A DNA stretch of 46,120 nt, filler included, from Streblomastix strix (Eukaryota), in NCBI GenBank assembly GCA_008636045.1. It is 2 parts of 2 records of this genome, joined end to end, with 100 filler letters (N's around TTAATTAATTAA, not from the genome) between each part and the next. Parts side by side here need not be neighbours in the genome. Positions count along the whole stretch, not along the records: positions 23,115 to 46,120 come from SNRW01000302.1; 1 more part is not named here. One strand, written 5' to 3'. This document shows, piece by piece, positions 23,115 through 38,100 of the stretch. The notes beneath the pieces are model-generated. The model was not told the origin of the DNA. It worked only from the letters and a program-made list of their open reading frames with translations, and made no database searches. The first letter of the stretch is position 1; each line of letters opens with the position of its first letter. Both the position numbers and the translations under genes were made by a program.

Positions 23115-26100
23115 TTTATCAACAACTTCGCACTAAGAACGGTTACATTCAAGCAGAACGCTGTCCACACCGATGAATGGTTTGATATTTTAAATGTTTC
23201 TTGTCGACAAAAGCATTATAAATATTCTATTTTTTATATTTTATTAAATTTATTTTTTTATCTGTTATATTTACAAGATGATGTAAAAATTAACCGACTG
23301 TTCGAGTGGGATGAAACTGCCGAAGATTGGATCGTCAATTGTATGAAATTTCTTAATGAATTCAAATTAAAATCACTCTTTTCATTTAATTATTAAATGT
23401 AGCTGCTTATGTTACTGGCCCACCATTCACTTCACCTTCAACAGTTAGTGATTACAATGGCAAAACGCAACAGTTTTTCTTGGCATCCGCCAAAGATTCT
23501 GATAGCGTCTCTGATGTTGCTCTTCCGCATATAGAAATTACTTCTTCTGATACAACTCTTGCGAACTTGCACTATACTGAAAAATATACATTTGACACCG
23601 GTCCTAAATTTGCGCCATCTTATATTCGCCGAACAATTGCTTATATTACATTTGATTCTACTTGCACTGCATTTGAATTTGACAATGTAACTCTACTGTT
23701 TGATTATTTTATTGATTATTTCATTTATTTTTACTCATTTATTCAAATTGATTAGAGGACTTGACATGGAAGGTGCTTCTGTAATAACAACATTGAATGC
23801 AAATTCTAATTTAATTCTTACTTTTAAAAAGTATGATTTATTATCTTTTCAATAATTTCTTTTATATTATTATATTTTATTACCTTTATTATAATAACAA
23901 AATTTAGTTGTGAATTCGGTAATATAAAACTGATGTCAATGCTTGTATGATTATTTTTTTCAATATTTAAATAAATTAAAAAAATATCATAATTAATAAA
24001 TTAAATATTCATTTACTTTTCTATTCATAATTTATTATATTATTTTTTCTCAATAAATATCAGGATAATTCTTCAGGTTCTCCATATACATGGTACTACT
24101 CTGCACTTCTTGATTTGATAGATGGTTTGAATTATATGTTTAATTGATAATAAAATTAGATATTTATTATTATATGCAATTTTTTTTTATTATTAATTAT
24201 TTAAATTTTAAACATATTTTTTAAATTGTAGGAGCATAATTGAATTTTCTTGATTCGCAAGTACATGGTATTTTTTTTCAATTATTTCAATTTTTATATA
24301 ATCATAAATAATCTTTAATTTAAATTTAAATTTATAATGTTAATATTAATATTAGTTACTTAATTATACATTAAAACATTATTTTTTTAATTTAATTTAT
24401 TTGTATACATTCAGATATACAAACATGGGACTATTCAGTGATTGCTATTTCATCTCAATACTCAACTGTAACTATAAGCAGATCATTATTTCAATTTGTC
24501 ACTCTGAAAAGAGCATCATATGAAACTGATGATTATGTTTGCAATAAATTAATTAATTAATATAAATTGTAAATATTAAATATAAACAATTTTAATCATA
24601 GATGATTTGAATTAAATTAAACATATTTTTATTAATTAAACATATTTTTATTAATTAAACATATTTATATTAATTAAACATATTTATATTAATATTTCTA
24701 CATAACAATTCCACATTTCACATCTTTTTTTTTCTTTTCTTCATCATTATCATTTCATTCAGTCATCTACACATAATTGTCTTATTCACTATCAAGTAAT
24801 GGATACTTCATCTTCATCTCCAAGTTAACCAACAAATATTATTCATATTTCTGATTCATTATTTGGAAAAGTGACCGTTGACAATGTGAATATCCGCGAA
24901 GTTGCATTGGAGGAGTTTGATTTGGTATGATTTAAATAATTGGTTGAAAATGATTTTTTCATATTTTTATTTATTCTATAAAATATTTATTATTATTATT
25001 ATTATTATTATTTGTTTAATTAAATGTTCTTTTATATATTTTCTATTAATTTAGTAAGCTAAATATGCATCTTCATAATATTATAAGAGATCTGCTGATG
25101 AATTGAATCTTCCAATTGTTAATACTTCTGACTATGCTACATTAATGATTGAAGTTGACAATGCTGGTATATTCATTTATTTGAATGAATATTAATATTA
25201 ATATTAATATTATTTGAAAAATATATTTATTTTAATAAATTATTAATTGTAAACATTTATTTATATTATATTCTTTTAATCTTCATTCATAGCTACTACA
25301 GGAATTGGGAATGCTGATGTTCAAATTACAAGAACAAGGTTTATTTCAACACATGGATCACATTCAGGTATATAAAGATCATATTATATTATTTATTAAA
25401 ATTTTAACTTTATTTATTTATAATCGTTTAAACATTATTATTTCACATTTCTCATAAATAAATTAAATCCATATATATTTTTATGACTAATTACAGGTGC
25501 TGTTGATATTCGACAATCAATATCAACTATTGTACTTGACTAAGTCCATTTCTTTTCAACTGTTTCTGAATTGGGGGTATTTTGAATAATAATTTGAATT
25601 ATTAATAAATAAAAATATTATAATTTTTTTTAATTAACCTTATATTCATTTTTTTACTATTTTCATTATTAACAATTATTAACTGCAGTCAAGATATGTT
25701 GATAATTCATAGTTTGGTAATGCAGTCTATTTAAGAGGAGAACAAATGTGGTAGTTGATTAAGACTGATAATTTCAAGAGGTATTAAAAATATGTTGATT
25801 CTTTAATAAAATGAACAATAATGAATTAAAAGGAAAGATATTTGTTTTAATTACAAAATAATATAAATATTAATTAATTAATTAATATATTAAATAATTT
25901 ATTAAATAATTAATTTCGTATATACATCTCTTTTTCTTATAAATACAGATCCTATATTCGTGGTGATACTCCACATATAACAACTGAGAATTCTCATAAT
26001 GAAGCAAATTCAACAGATACAATGTTGAGACAATACATATAGAATATCTTAGTTAAGAAAGGTGGATCAACTTTGAGCGGGGTTTGTTAGATAAATATAT

Positions 26101-29100
26101 GATTGATAAAAATATTTATAATAAATACATTATTGATAAAAAAATTTATAATAAATACATTATTGATAAAAATATTTATAATAAATACATTAAATAAATT
26201 TTTTTTAAAAATAGATATGATTTATTAATAATTAAAATTGAATTTATAATTTTCTTATATTAAACAGACTGGAACTACAACAAATCCAATTGATACAATA
26301 TTCAATGCATTTCTGGCTTCAATACCCAAAAGAAACTATTTATCTGAATAAGCTGTAGATTAAGAAGATATGAATATAGTTATAAGTGTAGGTATGCAAA
26401 ATGAATATTTTTTATATGGATAAATTTATATATAATTTTAATCCCTACTATTTTTATTATATTAAATTCTAAATGTTTTTTATTTTATTTATTAACTATA
26501 ATATTATATAATTCACTCAGACGAAGGCACATTTGATGAACTTCCCATATCTGTTCAATCTGAGCTAATCACACTTCAAGGAACCGATACATTCAAAACC
26601 ACAGTCCGAAACACACATTAATCACTTATCTATATAAATAAAGACAACATCAACTGCGAGTTCAATATAATCAATATAATATTTATGCAGTAATATATTG
26701 ATCCAACTTCTGTACCAGTTGGTGAGAAAGATAATCTGATTGTTATTGAAAATGGAGTAGTGAATTTTTAGAATGTTATTTTCTAATAATAGAAAAAGGA
26801 GAGTTCTGGATCTGTTATGAAACATGAAGCATCGTGGGTTGAAGTATGCGAATAATTAAAAGGATAAGATTAAATAATAATATATATAATTTTTTAATTT
26901 AAATTTCACTATCTAATTTATTTAATTCATATTAATTATTATATAATATAAATTATTAACTAAATAATTAGATCCATCATCCTCGTTCTTATTTAACCAA
27001 TTGCACTTTCTCTGAATCAAACTTCGGTGGTAATAAACCTGGATTAAGATATTGTAATGGAGGAGCTGGAATATTGACTGATGTTGTATTTACTCAGGTT
27101 TATATAGAAATTAAGTAATTCAATAATTAATATTTAATAATGAATATATAATAATATATCAGCAGAATTTGTATTATTAATTTTTTTTATTGTATTTGTT
27201 TACTCATTCAGGTTAATGGAGGAGCTCTTGGAGTTGAATATGGAAGCAGTTCTGCAGATATGATACTTAGAAAGTTTGAAATACAATTTAAATTATTTTT
27301 TTAAAATGTTTTTTATTTTCTTAATTAATTGTATCTAATTTTCTTAATTAATTGTTTCTAATTTATATTTCGCAAATAACAGTGTCACATTCGACACCTG
27401 CACTGCACTCAACAATAATGATGGTTCCTGTGATCCAGATTCACCACTTTACTCAGCATAATAACCTCTCTCATATCCAGAATGCTTATTAACTACTTCT
27501 CCAATTGTTATCCAATCTTCTTTCGTATATGAAAAGGATATGGCACCAATACCTGGATATATATTCTACTCGATATGCTCGTTCAAGAGCTGTAAGTTTA
27601 AAAGTATGGATGGAATGAGTTGTTTAATTTATTGTTGTGAAATGAAAAGAATAAATAAAACATTAAAATTATAAATTACATCAATAAAATAATAATAATT
27701 ATTATTTTATCAATTTAACTTTAATTAGACAATTAAGGGTATAATGCTGGTGCTGTAGAACTTAAAGGAAATATGATGCTTATTGCATTTGTTGACTGTG
27801 AATTTGATGGAAACATAGTTTGAGTTTATTAAGAATATTAATAAAATAAATTGGAAATATTATATATATATTTTTTATTTATTTTATTTAATTTATTATT
27901 CTATTTTATTTAATATTTATTAATTAGGGATAAAAATAACATTAACTTGATCCATCAAATGTTTCAGACGTACATGAAGCAAATGATATGTTTATTAGTT
28001 ATAATGGTATATAAAATAATAGTAACATCAATTTTTCAAATAAAATAATTTATATTAATTAACAATTTCAATTCCTAATAATTTCGTAAAATTTTTTTTA
28101 TACATCAAATTATTATTAATTTTATTATTTAGGTCCTGACGAATCAGGAACCATAGTTTATGGAGGAAATGAAGCACTCTGGTCATTAGGAGGATGTAAG
28201 AGTAGTTCCAATGCAATGCAAGTAAATTTTATTATTATTTACTGAATTATTGAAATATTATTTATTTATTTATCAAATAATTAATTTATTTTATTATTTA
28301 AATATAATATTATATAGGTCATTGGATATAGAGATCAAGATAATGATTCTAGAATGTATGAAGGAAATTATGATATATCAGTAATTATTAATGGAGGTAT
28401 AAATCTAGGAATAAATAAGAAATAAATGAGAATATAAATAATATGAAATAAAACTAGTTATTTTATTTTATTTTATTTTAATTTTTAGGAAAATTCACAT
28501 ATGACAACTTCACGCTCAGTTCAAATGGTAATTCAATAGAAAAAAAAAATATAACTTATTAATTTATAATCATTTTCTATATTTTATTAATTAGGAACAA
28601 AAACAGGAACAGGCCCAGATGGATTTAGTTAATTAAAATATGTATTCAGAGATAGATTGCCTGGTATTCAAATTAACATAGGATATTCAATTTATTGAAT
28701 TTTATTATTAAATTATTATTTTATATTTAATTTATTTTCAATTAATTTTCTATATATCTTATTATAGGCACATAGAATCCATTAATAATAAATGTAAGAC
28801 AAGGCAAATGGGATGTTATTAACTTCTTCATTGGGGCTGTTTCTTGTTAGATATATGGATCTGTATGATTATTTAATATTTTAAGAGTATCATATTGTTT
28901 TTTCAATCTTATTATTTTTTATTAATTGTTTATGTAATTATTTTATTATTTATCAATTCTTTATTAATTGTTTATGTAATTATTTAATTCACAGGGTTAT
29001 GATAAAACATCTTTCTAGAATTCAGCTGAAGAATCGAGACATCTGCTGTCAGTTGTTGGAGGGCAAGTTTTGCTGAGCAGTATCGAATTATTGTAGGTAT

Positions 29101-32100
29101 ATAGTATATGAAATGAAATATATGTAAACATTTAAATAAATTAATATATATAAGCTTATTATTCCAATTAATTCCTTATTCTTTTTACTTCCTGTATATC
29201 ATCCTTCATTTAATTCTCTTTAACTTATAGGCCAGCACCGAAACCAACTACGGCGGCTTATTAGTTCTTAGAGGTGATGGTTTACTCTCACTGTACAATA
29301 TATCCTTCAGCTAAACAGATGTGTGGTAGGCACAATTATCATCAACGATCTTCGCTACTGCTGGAGATGTGCAGATCGAGAACTGCATATTCAGTGAGTG
29401 TGAGTTTGACAATAGTGTGGAGAGGAGGTGCGTGTTGGTTGTTTAAATGAAAGAAAGAAGGAATAATTTTAATATAATTTTAATATAATTTTAATATAAT
29501 TTTTAAAATTTATTGAATTTATTGAATTTGTATAATTTATAGAAAGAAATCTGCAGCAGTATATTGTGCTGATAAAACTGGTAAAGTGAATATCACTGGT
29601 TCATCATTTGATACAGTATTTATTTTTTTAATAATTTTTATTATCAATTTTTTAATTCCTTCATACAATTTAATCATTTATAATTTAATCATTTATAATT
29701 TAATCATTTATAATTTAATCATTTATAATTTAATCATTTATAATTTAATCATTTATAATTTAATCATTTATAATTTAATCATTTATAATTTAATCATTTA
29801 TAATTTAATCANNNNNNNNNNTTAATCATTTATAATTTAATCATTTATAATTTAATCATTTATAATTTAATCATTTATAATTTAATCATTTATAATTTAA
29901 TCATTTATAATTTAATCATTTATAATTTAATCATTTATAATTTAATCAATTTTATTTCAATCATTTTTACTTCAATTAATTTTTATTCATTCTAATTATT
30001 ATTATTATTATCATCATCATCATCATTAGATTCAAACATATGGATACGATTCTCCCATTACGCAGAGCATGAGAACAGATAAGCCACAAATATACGGAGA
30101 TGGAGTCGTGGAATATGAAGGAGCAGCTATTTATATTGATGCATGTTAAATATATAATATTATATTAAGCATGAATAAGAATTAGTATTAAGTAGAACTT
30201 GATGATTAAACTAATTTATTGATGTTTGTTTATTTATATATATTTTCTATATATTATTTATTGCATAGGAAGCGCAACAGTTCATCTGCATTAATACTAA
30301 TATAACCCGATGCGATGGATGGAGAGTAGGTGGAATCAATTTGCACAAGTTAGCATTCTCTAATATGAGCATGATAAGTATGATTTAAATAAAGGATTGC
30401 TATTTACTTCTTTTATTCATTTATTCATATTTTCTATAATTTTTTTTTTTATTATTTCATTTTTTTCTCTATAATTCTTTTTATTATTATTAATACCCAG
30501 ATTGCACATTTACTAAGAACAAAGCCATGGAAGGTGAGAAAATTCAGGATTTCGTTTCTAAAATGTTGATTGGCAATGATTTGATCTTAGATTACAAATT
30601 CCTGAGAGAGGATGCAATTAATAGCATATAGGGTATATTTGAATTAATTATAGAAATAATACTTGATTAGGAATATTCGTTATTAATAATTTACTATTTA
30701 CAATTTCTTTATTTTTTTTATTATATTTAATTTAGGTTGTTCTTCAATATCCGCATTCCCACTCATTGGATCCAAAGATCCTTAGTTTGGATATGGAGTA
30801 TTTGGTATGAAATGTTTTTAAATTAAAAAATTAATTTTTATTTATTTTATTTTATTATCATAAAAACAATATTACAACCCTATTTATAACATTATTATTA
30901 TATATTTAATATTTATATCTTTTTAATAGATTACCTTCTTCAATCATCGATGTATGTAGACACAGTATATGCATCAATTAAAGACGGAAATGATGTCACT
31001 GGATAAGGTTTTGATATATTTATTATGATGAATAAATAAAATTTTGTTTTATTTAATTATTTATATTGATTTATATTCATATTTATTTATTATTACTTTA
31101 AAATTTCTTCTAAAAGGAACATAAGATCAGCCATATAAAACTGTGAGTGTTGCAACATCAAGAGCTGCATCTGCATAAGTATAAAAAATTAATAAAAAAT
31201 ATTTATTTATTAAATTTATTCATTCATTTTACTTTTCATTATAAATATTATTTTTTATTTATTTTTAAAATTTTAGGACAGAGTGACATTAATATAAATA
31301 AACGAAGGACTTTATCAAGAAAGATTAATTATGATTGGTTTGAATAAAATATATGATATTATTATTTTATATTTAATTTTTTGTATTAAAATTATTTATT
31401 TAATATTATTCAATTCATTTTTATTATATTTATATTTACAGGTGGTAGGTAACTTGGAATGCAAGGCGAACCTATTCCAGATAGTTAACCAGAAATGCCT
31501 GGACCGACTATTGTATGAAATTTGCATTATTTTATCTTGTTAATTATTGATAAAAAAAATATTTTTTTCATTTTTTGTTTTTTATTCATAAATTAATTTA
31601 GCTTCAAAATACAGAAGAGACAATTGATGAATTCATTGCTGTATATAATGGGACATTGGAAATTCATCTTCTTTTGGTTCTGATTGAAAATAGATATGAA
31701 GTCATTGCTCAGAATGCGTATGAAAACTATTTAATAGATTTTTATATTAATAGAATAATATAAAATATTTATTTGACTTATTCTCTATTTTTTTTATATT
31801 TTTTTCTTTATTTTTTTCTTTAATTTTCTTTGATAATTGTCTTAATACAAAATAGATTCTATATTCTATCAATTCGAGGTCTCTAATCAAATTTGGCCAT
31901 CACATCATGCACATTTGCTACTGTAGATTAATAAGTTTCATTGAAAGATGAAGTATATATTATTTTGCTGATATCAAAGAAATAAATTTAATTTAGGATT
32001 TCATTAACAAAATTCAATAATTAATTTAATTTAATTTTTTATTGTTTAATTCATATCAGGTACTCAATGCGGAAAGAGGAGCAAATATAACCATTGGAAC

Positions 32101-35100
32101 ATCATATTTCGAGTAGATACTATAACATGACACACCAACTGCTCATTTTAGAGTTTAAAATTAACCTCTGAGTATTTTGAAATTTAAATAATAAGAAATT
32201 TAGTAAAAAATATTTACTTTATATTTTATATTTTTTAATATTTTTTATTTTTTATTCCTAATTTTATTCTTAATTTTATTTTTTACCTTTCCAATAAATT
32301 CTCAGCTGTAACTAATGTAACATTCACTAACATAATTGTAGCTTAAGCAAATTCTGGCGCAGTTAAGATTGAATACTATTCCACTGGTAAGGAGAGAATT
32401 GAAATGCATTAATTTAATAAAACATTTTTTTTTTCTTTTATTAATTTAATTTTTATTAAATTTTATTAACATTAAGGTTCATGCTAAATCGAGGGGTGCA
32501 CTTTTAGCTTTGGAATGTCATTAACAGGTTAAAACTTTAATATTAATATTATTATTTAATAAAATACGTATAATTTTTATTTTATTTTTAATTTTATAAT
32601 ATATTTAGCTTTAATTTTTATTTTTAATATTTTATTTTATTTAATAATATTCATTGTTATATATTAGCCAATTATATGGGATCCCGAACAATTGGAGCAG
32701 CTATCACTCTTATATTCCAAGAACCATCGGTTGAGTCATAATCTGTAATTATTAGAGATTGCACTTTTGATACTTGCATGGGTATAAAATAAAATTGTGA
32801 ATAAATTTTAATAAATTAATTAATTTATGGATTTAAATGAAAATTAAATTAAATTCTTTTTTTTTTTTTGAATATAATAATATATTTATTAATAGGTGAT
32901 TGTTGTGGTGCATTAACTATATAAGGAATAACACAAGCACTTGTTGGACTATAAATATCAACATGCATATTTGAGAATAATATGTATGGTATGAAATGGC
33001 AAAACAATCTATATATTATTTGTTATAATAATAATATATTAAATGCAAAGATTTTATTATTTATTTATTTTTTCTGTTGGTTATATATTTTTTATTATTA
33101 TATATAATTAGGATCCTCATATCATTTTGATGAACTTCCCAGAGCAAGTGATGTATTCTTTGATATGGAAGATGTTTAACAGTTTCTGGATATTGACTCA
33201 GAAAATATGATATTTGAAAGTATGTAGAATTTGGAAATAATCAAATTTATACTATATTTATTTATTATTTATTTAATACCTACATTCAATTAATTTTAAA
33301 CACTTATATATTAGTTTTTATTTATAAATATTTTGCTTTTGTTATAATTTAGGTTGTGTTTCATTCTCAAACAAACCTCAAATCAATTATAGAAATGCTG
33401 ATACTAATGATGGAACACTCGATGTCTTATTTGGAGGTGAGAATATTATAATTAATAAAAATTATTATAATCTATGAATAAAATAAATTTTTTTTTATTA
33501 TTTTTTTTAAATATTTTAATAATATTTTTTTTTGTTTTTACAATCTTGATTATTTTTAAATCAAAATATAGGTGTATCAAGTTCTTCATCAGGGCAAACA
33601 GATACATAAAATGAAAGACCAGTTAACGTCTGGGTTGATTTCAAGTGTGAATTAATAATTTAAATAAACTTTCAAAAATTAAAAATTAAAATTAATTTAA
33701 TTTAATAATATAAAATAAATCTTATAATTTTTTTGTTTATTATTTTAGAGCCGGTAATAATCAAAACTCAGGAAATGATTCATCATCAGTCAGAACTATA
33801 TCTCATGCATTTGCACTTACCAACAAGAGCTAATAATGTTGTATATATGTTAATAAAGGTTAAAATAAAAAAATACATATATTTTCTTTTTACTTATATG
33901 AATTTTAATATAATTATTTTCAAATTGTTATATTGCAAATAAATATCTGTTTTAATTAATAATTTATTTCAGGTATTTATAATGAATCAATGATGGTTGG
34001 ATCTGGATGTACAACACTTATTAGAGGACAAGGATATCATATGTATAAAAATATAAAACAATTAAAATAATGATAATAATTAAATAAAATAAATTATATA
34101 TATAAATTTATTCAATAAAATGTAATATATTTTTTTTAATTCTTTGTAGAACTGAAATAATTAACGGAAAGATGACAGAACAATGCCTTATTTGGATTAT
34201 GGCTGTATGATAAATAATAATTAAACAAATATTAATTTATTTGTATTATATTTTTGTTTGATTTTTAATTTTTAATTTATTTCAGGGATCCGACATGACA
34301 ATTACAGACTTCACTTGTAGATAGAGCCCAATTATTGGTATAAATTTTCTTTTATTTTATTCTATAATTTAATTTATTTTCTTTTGATTATTATTTATAA
34401 TAATAATTAATTATTATTTAGAATCTGAATCACCACTATTTGATATGGATAACGATGCTATTTTCATGATAAGAAGATGTGTTTTAACTCAGTATTAATT
34501 AAGCCAGTAAATATAAGGAGGAGCTTTGAAGATGCAGCCGCATGGAGCTGGATTATTTAGGTATGAAATTAAAATAAAAAAATTATTGAGAATAAAAAAA
34601 TTCAATCTCATATAAAAAATTATTTTTCCTTATTTATTTGCATTAATTATTAATTCACTTAATTTATTTTTATAGAGGAACAGTATCATATGGAGGAATT
34701 TATGACTCGCTGATATAGAATATCAAATTATAATAATATTGTTGTGTGTCTCTTGAAGCTGGTGAATATGAGTATGAAAATATTAATTAAATTATAATTA
34801 ATCATTAAAAATAAATAGAACAACTTAAAATTATTATAAATCAATTTATTTTTATTATTTATTACTTTATGTTCTATTATAAATACATTTATATTCATAT
34901 AATAACTAATCTATATATAATTGTAATAATAGTGAAGATTGGGATGGATTAATTGATAGTCTTCTGGAGAAATGCACATTGGATGGAATTGCAACATGCC
35001 CAGATTCTACAAATGCGAATATGAATAAAGAATAGAATATTGGATTAAACAGAGATTAGAACTATTAGTTTTCTTAGTTATTGAATGATTTGCTTTCAAC

Positions 35101-38100
35101 AGTAAATCGAACTGAGATTATTTAGTTCAGAAAACAGCATAAATTCGTTGGAAATAAGAAAGTGACAAGACATATGATTAAGTTTAATAATGAAAATAGT
35201 ATAGGTAATAATAATTAGAATTAATAACTAAGCAATGAATATAAATAAAGAAGATTCAAATAAATATGGCTTGAAGGAGAAATTATAGGAATTACAGAAT
35301 AGATGGAATATATTAAATAAAAAGAAGCTAAATTAAAATTAAACTAAAATATCGATAATAATAAACAATTAATTTAATAATATCAATATCAATAACAACA
35401 ATATTAATCCAATCAATACCAATAAACGCCATCTTCATATTCATCTTCTTTTTCTTTTCATCAATCCCACACCTTAAACGAACCCATGTCTCCTATTACA
35501 TCCTATCCATGCACAATGTCACTCTCTAATGTCACATTCTCCAATATATACCCAGATGTGAATTATACTGAGAGGGGAATAAGTGTGAATATGCAGATGA
35601 ACTCCTTCTTTATATCTGCGAGCCCGCACATGATGTATTAGATCAGTAATTGTTTGTTTTAGAAGTGTGGTAAATATGATAGAGAATAATTTATTTAACA
35701 TATATATATTTTAATTTTTTAGTTATTGATTATTTTATTTGTTATTTTGTTAAATTTATTAATTTAGTACCACTCACATTCTGATTGATTTAAATGTTGG
35801 CGAAAGAAGTTAAATAACTCCAGATATATCCAATATAACTTTTGACAGGTAATTAATAAATAGTAATAAAAAAATTAATCATTTAATAGTTTTTAATAAT
35901 AAAATATTTTTTTTATATTCCATATTATTATTTATTTATTTATTTCATATTTAGAGTGCGTTTCATACAAATGGGATCAGATCTACTGACAACTCCAACA
36001 GGAACAACTTGTAAGGATAACGATTTCATTCAAAGTGCTGCTCAAGTTGGTGCTGTTGTTGTTAGAGCTGGTTTTTTAATAAGAATTTTTTATTATTTTA
36101 TTATAATATTATTTTATTATAATATTATTTCTGTATTTAATTTATTATAAATATTTATTTATTAATAATTTATTTAAGGTCGTACCTCACTCACAGTAAG
36201 TGATCATCTTGCCAGAATCAAATAATAATATCCTTAAGTAATGCCAGATTCGTTGTATAATGATTATCGTAGATAGAGAATATACTTTAGGTACATAAAT
36301 GTATATTATTATATATTTAATTATTTATTTATATTTTCTTTTATATATATTTTCTCTTTATCATAACTTATTAACATATTCATAGATCATGCGTATTTAT
36401 CCAAAACAACGGCACATATGTCAATGATGTAGGAATCGAAGAAGATTTAGTGATATCAGAATTAAATAACAATCAATTTGGACTTGGATTATATTATAAC
36501 GGATTTGCTGGAACAGATTCAAATGAGAAAAACACAGCAGAAAACTGCTATTTTGGATATGAACAAAAATAATGCTTTGATGGAAACGCGGTTTCACAGA
36601 GCGATTTAAACAGGAATATCTTCAATTATATCAAAGAGAACACAATTGACCAAACTTTTGCATCATATGAACTGTCTAGTGATACAAGTAAGACAAGTGA
36701 ATGGGACATTAGTCAGTTCTTTGTTGGGGAGTATAATAAACAAGCTATGAATAGTACTGTTTAGCCAGACGATGACGACAGTTATAATAAGATTGTATGA
36801 AAATTATATAAATTATAATTAAATAAGAAAATAAAAAAAAATAATGAATATTTAATTATTTTATGGTATTTTATCTATATTTTTTATTTATAGGGTATTA
36901 TCTCGCTGAAATCTGCGATAATTGATCCATTAGCTGAAACAGCTACATAATTAACAATACAGCAAGGAGTATATGTTGAGAGTGGAATTAAGATAATAGG
37001 TTAAGTAAAATAGAATATAAAAAATTTTAAATTTATATAATTGTTAAATTTCATATTTCTATATTAATATGAATAGATGGTATACTTCTTCTAATTCCAT
37101 CTGATTCCTTAACAAATGAATAAGTAACTATTCAACCATAAAAGAGTTTAGCTAAGATTGGATTGTACGAAATGCTTTATTATTTTAAAAGAATTAAAAA
37201 TAAATTGAAATTATTTATTTGTTTTTTATTATTTAATATTATTAATAGATTTGAAGATGGAGTTTCATCAGCTGTACTATCAGTTGAAGGATCTGGAAGG
37301 ATTGAAGTTGAGAGAATTACTTTTGAACACTTTGAATAGTAGACATTGAAGGTTTGAGATAAAGAAATTTAACATACAATTAAAATTGCTAATTTATTAA
37401 TAAAAAAAATATGTATTAATTTATTTAACTATTAATAATTCTTTATTTATTCATTCTTCCAGCCCGTCCTAATAATCAAAGATCAAGGCTCCATCCAAGG
37501 TTCCAATCTCCGATTTATGCCATTTGGCAAATCAAACCAAGCTGATAAAACATCTGAACTAGTTCATACATCATCGTATATATTGTTCCTATAAGGAAGT
37601 GGCTTATTTGAGAATATTGAAGTTTTTCCAACGACTTTCTAAGACTGTCCAGCATTGATGATCAAGAACGAAGAAGGGATGAGCGAAAAAACGAAAGAAC
37701 CGAGAAGAAATCACTAAATTAATAAAAATAATGAAAGAAAACAACAAAATCAACAAAATCAACAAAAATTCCAATAGAACATAGATTTAAATTAAGTTCA
37801 GCTTTAAAACTGCATCTTTAAAGGACTTATCAGGAATGAAGGACTTGGAGCAGCAATTGAGTCCAATGGGATGTATTTAATCATTAATGGAGGAGAATAT
37901 TCAAATGTTGGACAAGAAGTCATCCCGGAATAAACCGATGATTAAAATGCAAGTTTTAATTCATTTAGAGAGTATTCATTTAATTAATAGAGAAAATAAT
38001 ATGATAACAATAAGTATTATTCTTGGAGAAAATCCACATTAACTTCAGCTTCTATGAAAAATAACTATATTAAAGATCAAAATAAATAACGTAATCCGAA

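Noticed and set aside
29586..29948. CRISPR array or YNLII-repeat protein
   Set aside because: It is a perfect 15-bp tandem with no unique spacers, lying inside an intron.
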